64,000 nt of DNA from a virus. Lineage: Duplodnaviria; Caudoviricetes. The number at the start of each line of letters is the position of its first letter. The first letter of the stretch is position 1. The position numbers and the translations under genes were made by a program. This document shows positions 16,748 through 25,857 of the stretch, piece by piece. Location: positions 128,464 to 192,463 of IMG/VR virus record IMGVR_UViG_3300033463_006479, one strand, 5' to 3'. The notes under the pieces were generated by a model. That model did no database searches and was not told where the DNA came from. It saw only the letters and a list, made by a program, of their open reading frames with translations.

Positions 16748-18733
16748 CTATTTCGTTTCCATTTTTCTTCTCAATGACTTTCTCCAGTCCTCACCATATA
16801 TAAAGTCTGATTTGAGTACGCCGTTTGTGAATGTACGCCAAGAAATCTTGCAGTCGCCGTTTTTCTTTATCTCGTTTTCAACAAACTCAATAACCTCATC
16901 AACATATTGCGGTGGAACATCCCAAGTTTCATCGTTTTCAGCTTTCACTTGAAGCAGTTTCTCTTTGATTTTAGCCCAAAGTACCAATGAAGGCGGTGCA
17001 AATTCAAAGAAAAGGCTTCGGCCTTCAACCGCATCCCAAGAGTTCTTACCCATAATCTTTGCCAACGCTTCTGGTGTTTCATTTGTAATAATGAGAAAAC
17101 GGCTCATAACACGCATTTTGTCTGGAAGGTATCTGACTTGGGTTTTTAGTTTTTCAATCTCATCCTCCTTTTCCTCTTGCTTTTTGGCTTTCGCTATTGC
17201 TTTTCTGTTTGCTGTTTCTGGACATTCCTTTTCATACATCTTGCGGTAATTCACAATGTCGCCAACTGTGCAGTCGGTTATGCCGTAGTAATTTCCACGA
17301 GGCCCCTCGCCAGTTGCAGTTCCTCTCGGTGCTTCTATCTGTGGGAACACACCAGCATCGACTTCAAGAACGTGTTTCCAGAATGCACGCTGGAATCCAG
17401 TATCAAACAAGTTCGGTGTATCATCAAACACAAGCAATTTTCCGTTATTGTCATAAACAAAATCGTAAAGCTGCGATGCGTTACAAGTTGAAGTTCCACG
17501 CTGTGCATAATCAATGTTGTCTTTCAATCGCATTTCATTACGCACATCTTTCCAAGCCTCCGATTTTCCGACACCGCCCTTACCAGATATGAATATGCAA
17601 GGTGCGCCAATTTTGTTGTTTTTTAGTTTTTCGCTTTTTGACGATTTGCAATATTCAACCATTCTTCTGATATTGCGTTTCAAATAATCCATATCGTCAA
17701 AATACTTGTCGCACAATTCATAGAATTTTTCCATATTGCCGCCATACACATATTGAGCAACAGTAACATCAAGACCACGATATATGAGTTTTTCACTCAT
17801 AGGTGCTGGAGTTTTTACGGTAACACCTTCGTTTGTTGTAACTTTGACATCAATACCAAATCTTTCACTTGTGCAAATGATTTTCACAATGGCACAATAG
17901 GTTTCAACAGATGCGGTTGATGTGCTGCCGCTTCCGTTTGATAAAATCTCACGATACTTTTGGCCGTTTGCCGTATTGTTACGCAAGTCAAACACGATTT
18001 GGATTGGACTGAAATTTGAGTTTAGTTTTTTGAGTTCGTCAGCAAATTTGAATATGCCTTCACGGGACAGATTCTTGCCGACATTATGCTTCATTTTATT
18101 CTCATCGTCAAATATGAAATTCTTTATGACACGATAACGCTCTGTAGCTTCAACCATATCATAGGTTCTCAAAATGTCATCGTGTGAAGTAACACCCTCG
18201 TTCAATGCGGCATAACCCGTACCAGCATTTCGGCCTTCATACATACCGCCTTTATATGCGGATGGGTTCTTGATTATGTCAAAGAGAAGTCCGAGCATTT
18301 TAACCAAGCCCATATTTTTTGCACTTATCGTATAGTCAGCCGTTTGATGGTCGCTTTCCAAATCATAATTAAGATAATATCGGATTACCGAATTATCGCC
18401 AATGCCGATAGGTGTTACAGTTACAGCAAGACCTTTTCTGATTCCGCTCAAAATGAGTATTGTACTGATACCGTCAATCACCTTGAAATATGTGTGATAA
18501 TACGCTTTCCATCCGCAATTCTTGTTAAGCATACTGACAACAAGTTCCGCCATTTTTTTCATCTTCTTGTTATCTGAAACGACAATGTTCGGGTTTGTCA
18601 TAGTTGCGGATGCGTTGAGTTCATCGGCAAGTATTGATGTGCCGTTTATAATCTCACTTCCGTTTTGTCTGATTATGCCAGTGGATTCAAGAACTGGTGC
18701 TGGCCTATTTGTATAATCTGATAGTTTTTTCAT
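16748..18733 (-). CDS. P-loop ATPase
   Basis: ISGKGGVGKS Walker A, LLVFDD Walker B, LIITN sensor. Confidence 0.8.
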   Translation of the reverse strand: MKKLSDYTNRPAPVLESTGIIRQNGSEIINGTSILADELNASATMTNPNIVVSDNKKMKKMAELVVSMLNKNCGWKAYYHTYFKVIDGISTILILSGIRKGLAVTVTPIGIGDNSVIRYYLNYDLESDHQTADYTISAKNMGLVKMLGLLFDIIKNPSAYKGGMYEGRNAGTGYAALNEGVTSHDDILRTYDMVEATERYRVIKNFIFDDENKMKHNVGKNLSREGIFKFADELKKLNSNFSPIQIVFDLRNNTANGQKYREILSNGSGSTSTASVETYCAIVKIICTSERFGIDVKVTTNEGVTVKTPAPMSEKLIYRGLDVTVAQYVYGGNMEKFYELCDKYFDDMDYLKRNIRRMVEYCKSSKSEKLKNNKIGAPCIFISGKGGVGKSEAWKDVRNEMRLKDNIDYAQRGTSTCNASQLYDFVYDNNGKLLVFDDTPNLFDTGFQRAFWKHVLEVDAGVFPQIEAPRGTATGEGPRGNYYGITDCTVGDIVNYRKMYEKECPETANRKAIAKAKKQEEKEDEIEKLKTQVRYLPDKMRVMSRFLIITNETPEALAKIMGKNSWDAVEGRSLFFEFAPPSLVLWAKIKEKLLQVKAENDETWDVPPQYVDEVIEFVENEIKKNGDCKISWRTFTNGVLKSDFIYGEDWRKSLRRKMETK

Positions 18734-18771
18734 TTTTTATAATTTTCCGATATTATTTATATGTATTGGCA

Positions 18772-19545
18772 TTATTTCCGTTTTCCAAATTCAGATATTT
18801 GTATGACATCTGTATGACTTAAAGTGGTTTCGCCCTTTTTAATCATATCTGTACAAATATACCATTTTTTATCCCCTTGATGCCAGTTAAGCATTGCATA
18901 TTTTATTTCATTGCCGTTTATGTCGTGTGACGGATATTTGAAAGGATATTTGCTGTCGCTTGCTATCTCCGAATGAAAGCAGCAGTATTCGTATTTTTTA
19001 GGAACATAATCACTTCGTATATATAGCGAAACAGATTTGCCGAATAATGAAAGGTCATCCAATCGTTCTTCTACATTTTCATAATTCCAAATGTGAGGGT
19101 CATCATAACGCCTTGGCTTATTAATCAATAAAGCTGCTGGCATAAGAGCATTCATATTATTCCTTTTTCCTATGACATATCGGTTTTCCATAAGCAACTG
19201 AATAGCATATGGATATATGTTTTTTTCAATATCAACAAACCATTCGGAATCTGTATGGTATTCCTTTTGCTGGTCAATGTAACATCTGTTGGTTATTGAA
19301 GACTTGACAACGCAAAAATAATCAATTTCAAAATTGTATGGATACCAAACACTTTGTGTGATTAAAGCAGCAGCAACGGCCTTTATCAAATCGTGCTGCG
19401 TTTTTGGATATTGCATATTGCATACGTCATCATACGATATGCGTCTTTTGTCCAATATGTTACGAACATTGCCAAGATTTGTTTTTGTGATTGGCCTTAT
19501 GTCAAGTTTTTCGTTTATGAAATTTGATGCGTTGAGTATCTCCAT
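18772..19545 (-). CDS. hypothetical protein, EKLDIRPITK leader family
   Basis: MEILNASNFINEKLDIRPITK. Confidence 0.75.
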   Translation of the reverse strand: MEILNASNFINEKLDIRPITKTNLGNVRNILDKRRISYDDVCNMQYPKTQHDLIKAVAAALITQSVWYPYNFEIDYFCVVKSSITNRCYIDQQKEYHTDSEWFVDIEKNIYPYAIQLLMENRYVIGKRNNMNALMPAALLINKPRRYDDPHIWNYENVEERLDDLSLFGKSVSLYIRSDYVPKKYEYCCFHSEIASDSKYPFKYPSHDINGNEIKYAMLNWHQGDKKWYICTDMIKKGETTLSHTDVIQISEFGKRK

Positions 19546-19553
19546 ACAGCATA

Positions 19554-20105
19554 TTATATTGCAAGTTTAACAACAACTTCCTGCGCACGGAATGTGCAGT
19601 TAAATGTTTTCATATCTATCATATTGCTTGAGAAGTTGAAATCCAATCCGTCTATGGCCGTGAACAAAACATTCTTGTATTCTATCGTGAACACCTCATA
19701 TCCGTTGCCGTCAAAAATTCTGACAAAAGGAACGCCGTTTATAAACTTGTCTTCGGATGACGAATAATAGTAATAGAACAAATCTAACATAAGAAAATAG
19801 TTCACATAGCCGTCATACAACTGCTGTGTTACGGTAAATTCTTTTGGCATAAGTCTTTCTGGTGAATATGCAGAACGATAGATTCTTGAATACGGGGTTT
19901 TTCTGTCGTATTGTTCAACAACATCAAACTGCACATTTTGCATATTGAATCCCTGCACCCCGTAATTGACATAATCAATGCAGCGGTCAAAGACGTTGCC
20001 TGGGATGCGTTGGAGATAGGGCATATACTTGTCGTTTATCTCGTCTGGTATGAGTGTCTTCGCAAAGAAGAACTCAAACATATTGTTTCTTGCTGGAAGT
20101 AACAT
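19554..20105 (-). CDS. tail tube-fold protein (T4 gp3/gp19-like)
   Basis: 183 aa beta-rich tube-like pattern (FTVT..DG..NY, I.YKNV..TAI.GLDF, TF.CTF); late promoter at 20121-20128. Confidence 0.55.
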   Translation of the reverse strand: MLLPARNNMFEFFFAKTLIPDEINDKYMPYLQRIPGNVFDRCIDYVNYGVQGFNMQNVQFDVVEQYDRKTPYSRIYRSAYSPERLMPKEFTVTQQLYDGYVNYFLMLDLFYYYYSSSEDKFINGVPFVRIFDGNGYEVFTIEYKNVLFTAIDGLDFNFSSNMIDMKTFNCTFRAQEVVVKLAI

Positions 20106-20150
20106 TTGAGTCTTTTTCTTTATTTATAAATATACGGAAAAGCAATCCGA

Positions 20151-21209
20151 TTGATGAAGATATTAAGTTCAAAAGATTTCGCAAGTTTACACGAAAAACT
20201 CGACATACGTCCAATCACAAAGGATATGCTTTCCGATATGTCAGATGAACGCATATTGAAAGAGAAAATGCACGCAAGGAAAGACACGAAAGAATATGCT
20301 GAATTTATCTGGTACACATATGCAAAGATACAGAAAAGAATAATTGAAGGGAACTATAAAGTTGAGGTATCTGGCAAATTGACATTAAAAGGCGAACTTG
20401 GATATACTCACAACCAAGAAAATATATGGATTGTCGAATTGCCGTTAATATCAAGCAATGTGTATAAAATAAAAGATTTGACGGATTACGAATGTTCTCC
20501 GTATTGGCCGAAACCGCCATATCATATTTGGATAACATCAGCAGAAAACGCATATTCCGATGAGGTAAAAAAGGATGTGTGGAAAAAAATCGGAATGGAA
20601 CTGAAACCAATATATGAACTCGTTGCAGACAAAAATGGGTTATACAACAAAAAAATAACAGATGCTATAACATTAAAATTCAATAAAGCAAACTGGGGGA
20701 TAAATGCGCATCAAGAATTGATAGATGGACTTGAAAATGCGATAGGTGACGTGAATGTGAAATTGCAATATACAGTCAGAGGTTTGGGTGATAACACAAT
20801 AGAGCCAATTGTATATATATGTTTGAATAAAAACGAAAAGGGTATAGATAGGCATAGCAGCAATGTCTTTTGGTTCGATTTAAGTTATGGTAAAATAGAA
20901 TGCAGAAATATGCCGCATTTGTATCTGTCGCCGTTTGACAAAAGCGGAAATAATCCATTTAATCCGAGTTTGAAATATTTGGCTATGCGAAGTTCTGATA
21001 ATTTGCTGAAAGAATGTGGTATGAAACCTTGGAGAAAGGTATCTTACAAAACACCGCAAGATGTCATAAACAAAATATCAAGATATGTGAACGACAGCAT
21101 ACGTCTTATGGACATATATTGTGGAACGAATGTCAAATTGTTAGGCGGAAAAGATATGATTGGCGTTTTGGACATATCAATCGCTGATGCGAATATGGAA
21201 AATATATAA
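20151..21209 (+). CDS. hypothetical protein, EKLDIRPITK leader family
   Basis: MMKILSSKDFASLHEKLDIRPITK; TATAAATA at 20125. Confidence 0.75.
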   Translation: MMKILSSKDFASLHEKLDIRPITKDMLSDMSDERILKEKMHARKDTKEYAEFIWYTYAKIQKRIIEGNYKVEVSGKLTLKGELGYTHNQENIWIVELPLISSNVYKIKDLTDYECSPYWPKPPYHIWITSAENAYSDEVKKDVWKKIGMELKPIYELVADKNGLYNKKITDAITLKFNKANWGINAHQELIDGLENAIGDVNVKLQYTVRGLGDNTIEPIVYICLNKNEKGIDRHSSNVFWFDLSYGKIECRNMPHLYLSPFDKSGNNPFNPSLKYLAMRSSDNLLKECGMKPWRKVSYKTPQDVINKISRYVNDSIRLMDIYCGTNVKLLGGKDMIGVLDISIADANMENI

Positions 21210-21214
21210 TAAAA

Positions 21215-21448
21215 ATGAGTACGATACTTGCACTTGAAGAATTTATAGTGGAAAACGACAATGAACTTTTTTTGGAAGTTCTCGAACACTTCAAAAAACA
21301 ATATCCGAGAAGAAGGATTGAAGTCAAAAGATACGGCTATGGAAACATAGTGAGCATTGACGGTGAGGACAAATTCAATACGAGCGGTTACAACCTGCTC
21401 TATAATATTAAACGTCTGTGCGATTGCCTTGAAGATGAATTGATTTAA
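21215..21448 (+). CDS. small hypothetical protein
   Basis: Tight operon packing; LEEFIVE leader. Confidence 0.65.
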   Translation: MSTILALEEFIVENDNELFLEVLEHFKKQYPRRRIEVKRYGYGNIVSIDGEDKFNTSGYNLLYNIKRLCDCLEDELI

Positions 21449-21450
21449 TT

Positions 21451-21963
21451 ATGATGAAGATATTGAAAGCAGCCGATTACATTGGTGAGAAACTCACAAT
21501 AAAGCCAGTTACAAAAACGAGATTGTCGGATATAAAGAAAGCCAACAGCGAGCGGCACACATATAGGATAGCCGAATGTGAGGTTATTATGGCTGAAGAT
21601 AATTATGTCAATGGCGAGGATGAGGGTATATCTTTTCCATTTGTGATAACTCATATTAAAACAGCAAACAGTTTGGAAAACCTTTTGCGCAACTTCAATG
21701 ATGATGTTTGCCGTGGTCACGCATTTGATATTGAAGATTTTGTTTATGACACAGAAACTGACGGTAGAGTTGATATGTCTGTTACAAGTATGTTGATAAC
21801 AACAAATTTCAATTTCAAAGAACCTACACAAAATGATTGGGAAAGATTCAAAGAAGGCAAAATCAATATGACATCGCTAATATTCCAACTTCTCATAGAG
21901 AAAGACGAATTTGTTGATGACATATCAGAAGATTGTGAAAAAATAGGTATTATAAGTAGGTAG
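21451..21963 (+). CDS. hypothetical protein, EKLTIKPVTK leader family
   Basis: MMKILKAADYIGEKLTIKPVTKTRL. Confidence 0.75.
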   Translation: MMKILKAADYIGEKLTIKPVTKTRLSDIKKANSERHTYRIAECEVIMAEDNYVNGEDEGISFPFVITHIKTANSLENLLRNFNDDVCRGHAFDIEDFVYDTETDGRVDMSVTSMLITTNFNFKEPTQNDWERFKEGKINMTSLIFQLLIEKDEFVDDISEDCEKIGIISR

Positions 21964-21987
21964 TGTTTTATACATTGCAAAAAATAA

Positions 21988-22459
21988 CGGAATTATCCCT
22001 TTTAGTCTTGTAACACGCTTTTATAAATATACAAGAAAAATATAAACTTGAATTATGACACATATTAAAAGAATCAATGAAATGAACCAACAAATTTTTC
22101 TAAAAAATTTGGATGATTTCAAAATACATATCACAAGTGTTGATGTTTATGATAAACATATCAAAACCGACATTAAAAATGGAGATATGATGGATTTTGA
22201 TACATTTTCTGTAAAATGCAACAATATAGATAAATATGGCGGTCATTATAGTGTTGAAATTGACAAAAAGGATGAAAATACTTATGTTGTTGTTTGTATT
22301 GATGATGAAGGTAGTGTTTCTTGCGAAATTGCATTTACAATTATTTACTTTAATCCAAATTCGGCAGATGACATTTTTACTTGTATGATAAATCGTTCAA
22401 ATGTTTTACGTTAATCGTATAACAAGAATTGCATTACAAGACTAAAAGGGATAATTCCG
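21988..22459 (+). mobile_element. non-autonomous cassette bounded by a perfect 26-bp inverted repeat shared with the tnpB element
   Basis: CGGAATTATCCCTTTTAGTCTTGTAA (21988-22013) and its exact reverse complement (22434-22459). Confidence 0.8.
22055..22414 (+). CDS. hypothetical cargo protein (HIKRINE leader)
   Basis: 119-aa ORF after TATAAATA at 22022. Confidence 0.75.
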   Translation: MTHIKRINEMNQQIFLKNLDDFKIHITSVDVYDKHIKTDIKNGDMMDFDTFSVKCNNIDKYGGHYSVEIDKKDENTYVVVCIDDEGSVSCEIAFTIIYFNPNSADDIFTCMINRSNVLR

Positions 22460-22521
22460 AAAAAGAATAACCGACCTGGCAAGGAAACAAAATTTCCATT
22501 GGTGAGCGTATCACCGAAAAG

Positions 22522-22548
22522 AAAAAGCCTCCGATTTGGAGGCTTTTT
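22522..22548. terminator. bidirectional intrinsic terminator
   Basis: AAAAAGCCTCC-GATTT-GGAGGCTTTTT between convergent genes. Confidence 0.88.
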
Positions 22549-22580
22549 CAATTAATGGAAAGATTTGAAAAATTCAGAAA

Positions 22581-22769
22581 TTAGTTTTCTTTATTCTCTT
22601 GTTTTTCTTCTTCCGCAGCATTCTCATTATTGAAGAACTCTGGGGACAGTTTTGTGATGGCGGCATAAACCAAGGATGCGTCCTTTAACGTATATGCACC
22701 AGCCTTCTGTCCAATTACGGCTGCTTGGATAAGCACGTTGATTGCTTCTTTTTCGTTCATATTACTCAA
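22581..22769 (-). CDS. small hypothetical protein
   Basis: Coupled to hsp20, ends before terminator. Confidence 0.65.
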   Translation of the reverse strand: MSNMNEKEAINVLIQAAVIGQKAGAYTLKDASLVYAAITKLSPEFFNNENAAEEEKQENKEN

Positions 22770-23208
22770 TGTTTATTTGTTTATTAATCGTTTTCTGTTC
22801 TCGTTTCGGCATAACAACCGTCAGAACGCCATTTTCAAGATGTGCTCTGATTTTGCTTTCATCAACACAATCGTCAAACGGGATTTTGATTTTTTCGTCT
22901 TTTCCCATCTTCAAAAATGTACGGTCAAAGCCTTCACCTTTAACGCCAACGCTGACATAGTTTTCTCCGTTGTTTGTACATTCAATAGACATACAAAGTT
23001 CGGACTTGTCAACCTCTGGCATAAGAAGTTTCACGATGACCGCCTTGTCGTTTTCTTCTCTTTTGCAATTACTCATAGCGCAAAAATGGAAGAAATCCTT
23101 GTTGCCATTCTTTTTTTCTGGAAACGTTTTCTTGAAAGCGGAATCCATTTTTTCAAAATCAACGCCCATTGCGTCAAATAAATTTGTCAAATCTGTAATG
23201 TAACTCAT
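22762..23208 (-). CDS. Hsp20 small heat-shock protein
   Basis: LLMPEVDKSEL, VDESKIRAHLENGVLTVVMPK. Confidence 0.88.
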   Translation of the reverse strand: MSYITDLTNLFDAMGVDFEKMDSAFKKTFPEKKNGNKDFFHFCAMSNCKREENDKAVIVKLLMPEVDKSELCMSIECTNNGENYVSVGVKGEGFDRTFLKMGKDEKIKIPFDDCVDESKIRAHLENGVLTVVMPKREQKTINKQINIE

Positions 23209-23322
23209 AACTTTGCTTTATATTAAATAATAAAAATTTTTGTTTTATGAACAAAATATGATTTTTTTGTTTCAGATTAATGAATACAATTTGCGTGCCA
23301 AACACGTCTGTCTGACATTTTG

Positions 23323-24669
23323 TCAGTTTTTCAATGATTTTTTCAGTGATTTCAAGTCATCAAGGTACATATCGGCAGGAACTCGCTTCTTCATAATTTC
23401 AAGTTCCAGTTTCTTGGCATCGTATTCTTTGAGCAATTCGGCATAGCGTTCTTTTGTGAGCGAGTATATCGGCATATTTATGAGATAGTCAAATGAATTT
23501 GAAACCTTGTCAAACTTTTTGTTTTCAAGCCAATCGCAAATTTCTTTTTTAGGAACATTGCTGACTTTAAGTTTTTTGTCAATTATTGCCTTTATGAATT
23601 TTGCACGATTTCCGAGAATAAGGATTTCCTTCATAAGCATATCTATAATATGTTTCTTCCGTTTCTCGTACCAAGAAAGTCTGAACTTGCAGAAATACGG
23701 TATGATATCCTCGGCTCTTTCAAACTGCAAAAGTCTGTCATTTTCATCAACCGATATTATGATTTCTGTTTCAGAGCTGTTTACACGCAAAACCGATTCC
23801 AGTTTGTTTGTGTCTATAAGTTCTTTCAATGCGGCTCGTGTGAATTTGAGAACATAATCAACGCCAGACGAACTGTTGTTCTCATAATCAACAATCACTT
23901 TTTTGTCAATCAAAGAATCAAGGTATTCTTCATATTTCTCAAAAGTTATCGCTGGCGGCAAATCGGTTACACGGACAGTTGTCGTATTGACAATTTTATA
24001 AATGCCAGATATATTCCACTTGTTAGGGTTGTCATTGTCACGAACAAATGTGCCGCCAAATTCAGAAAGCCAAGGTTTCAGTTCCTTTACTTTTTTATTG
24101 TTGAGAAATGCTATGCAGGCATCAACAACATCCTCTGGGTTTCTGTTGAGAATATTTGTTGAAAAGCCTACAGCAATTCCAGAACTGCCGTTCAACAATA
24201 TTGTCGGTATGATTGGAAGAAAGAACAATGGTTCAATTTCATAACCTTCTTCCATTCGTTTTTCAAGCAATTCAAAATCCTTATAAAGAAGTCTGAAGTT
24301 TTTTGAAAGTTTAGTTCCTATATATCTCGGAGCACCAGCATCTGGAACACGCAGGCTTCCGTATTGGCCGTGGCCTTCAAGAAGCGGTAGGCTGTTCTTG
24401 AATGTCTGTCCCATATTGGTTATGGCATCGTTCATACTTTTGTCGCCGTGAGCGTAAAGGGCAAGCGAAGAAACCTCACCGCCAAGCTGATAAACCTTCA
24501 TTGGTTTCTCATTGCCAGTTTTCCATATTTTGTTGGCGATGAAAATTATCTTTCGCTGAACTGGTTTTAACCCATCAATGCAACTTGGTATGGCACGGTC
24601 TTCAATGACCGACTTTGCAAAAAGAAGTTGGTCAACGTCAAGAAAGTTGTCTATTGTTCGTGTTCTCAT
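23323..24669 (-). CDS. DNA topoisomerase II medium subunit (T4 gp52-like)
   Basis: RAIPSCIDGLKPVQRK, YAHGD, GAPRY catalytic Tyr, NGSSGIAVGF. Confidence 0.95.
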   Translation of the reverse strand: MRTRTIDNFLDVDQLLFAKSVIEDRAIPSCIDGLKPVQRKIIFIANKIWKTGNEKPMKVYQLGGEVSSLALYAHGDKSMNDAITNMGQTFKNSLPLLEGHGQYGSLRVPDAGAPRYIGTKLSKNFRLLYKDFELLEKRMEEGYEIEPLFFLPIIPTILLNGSSGIAVGFSTNILNRNPEDVVDACIAFLNNKKVKELKPWLSEFGGTFVRDNDNPNKWNISGIYKIVNTTTVRVTDLPPAITFEKYEEYLDSLIDKKVIVDYENNSSSGVDYVLKFTRAALKELIDTNKLESVLRVNSSETEIIISVDENDRLLQFERAEDIIPYFCKFRLSWYEKRKKHIIDMLMKEILILGNRAKFIKAIIDKKLKVSNVPKKEICDWLENKKFDKVSNSFDYLINMPIYSLTKERYAELLKEYDAKKLELEIMKKRVPADMYLDDLKSLKKSLKN

Positions 24670-24673
24670 CTGA

Positions 24674-25237
24674 TTATGCTGAAAGTCTTTTTGAGAAAAT
24701 CAAGTTACGTAATTCCATAAGTCGCAAATATTCATCAACATCACAACCAAAATGTTCAGACACAAAATCTTCAATTTCTGGAACTTTATAATTTTCAACT
24801 TCAGTTGTTGTATATGCTTTCGGAAACAAATCTATTGTGTTGTGCTCATTAACACTAAATAAACGGTATTGGTCGTAAGACGGATATGCCTCTGTGTTAT
24901 ATACCCGTTCATCAGCAAGAAAGCATACAGCGGTCGGCAAACCGTTCAAATCTTCCTCATAGAAAGCGCAGTTCGGTACTTTAAGCTGGTCAAGTGCCGA
25001 CATAGCATCAATCAAATCTATATACACGCCAGCATCAAGCACAATCATTGTCTTGAAAATGTTAGCCCAGTCATTATAAGCATCACGGTCACAGACATTG
25101 TATTTGTGTTCGTCTTTGATTTTTTCGGAATACTCCACAACAGCGTGAAGCGATTGTATTCCTTTCTGCATAGGATTCAACTGGCGTAGAACCATTGAAT
25201 ACATACGCTGTTCAAGTTTTTTATCGTTGTCTTGCAT
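24674..25237 (-). CDS. PTH2-like (peptidyl-tRNA hydrolase fold) phage protein
   Basis: IQSLHAVVE, KTMIVL, FYEEDLNG.PTAVC. Confidence 0.5.
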   Translation of the reverse strand: MQDNDKKLEQRMYSMVLRQLNPMQKGIQSLHAVVEYSEKIKDEHKYNVCDRDAYNDWANIFKTMIVLDAGVYIDLIDAMSALDQLKVPNCAFYEEDLNGLPTAVCFLADERVYNTEAYPSYDQYRLFSVNEHNTIDLFPKAYTTTEVENYKVPEIEDFVSEHFGCDVDEYLRLMELRNLIFSKRLSA

Positions 25238-25255
25238 TAAAAATAAAATTAAAAG

Positions 25256-25831
25256 TTAAACAATTTTTGCGTCCTTAACGTCCTCTTTGGTTGAATTTCT
25301 GAATATAGTGTCAAACACGCCGCCATAATAACCAGTTTTCGCCATAATTCTCAATGCTTCATCAGAGTTCCATTCCCCTATTGAATAATAATCATCAAAA
25401 CTGATGTCTTTCAAAACAAGTTCGGCGGTAACATCAAAATAATAGTCGCCTATTTTGTTAAAAGCGTGGTCTATTGGAAAACTTCCGTACAATGTCATAT
25501 AGCCTTCCACATATTTTATATCTTCCCAGCCATATGTTTTCCCGTCTATGTTCAATGTGATTTCATCAAACGATTCAAGTATTTGAGCCGTATGCAATGC
25601 GTTGGAATAACATTCTTTTTTCTTGAATTTGCCGTTGCGTTTTAGAATATTTATTGTAGATGCATCAAATAGTTCATATACCGAAGTACACTTAACGTGC
25701 TTAACAGATTCAAGTTTCTTATTAAAGTAATCACGCTGATAGCCAGATGATTGTTCCGCAAAAAAACGAAGCATATCAACTATCGAATTGCTGCTTGATT
25801 CCGTTATGAACTCAATATATGATTTAACCAT
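25256..25831 (-). CDS. hypothetical protein with Cys-His-Asp (papain/transglutaminase-like) motifs
   Basis: MVKSYIEFITES leader; ECYSNA, YVEGY, IDHAFN, YFDVT. Confidence 0.6.
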   Translation of the reverse strand: MVKSYIEFITESSSNSIVDMLRFFAEQSSGYQRDYFNKKLESVKHVKCTSVYELFDASTINILKRNGKFKKKECYSNALHTAQILESFDEITLNIDGKTYGWEDIKYVEGYMTLYGSFPIDHAFNKIGDYYFDVTAELVLKDISFDDYYSIGEWNSDEALRIMAKTGYYGGVFDTIFRNSTKEDVKDAKIV

Positions 25832-25857
25832 TTTTCAAAAATATGTTTCCTTATTTA

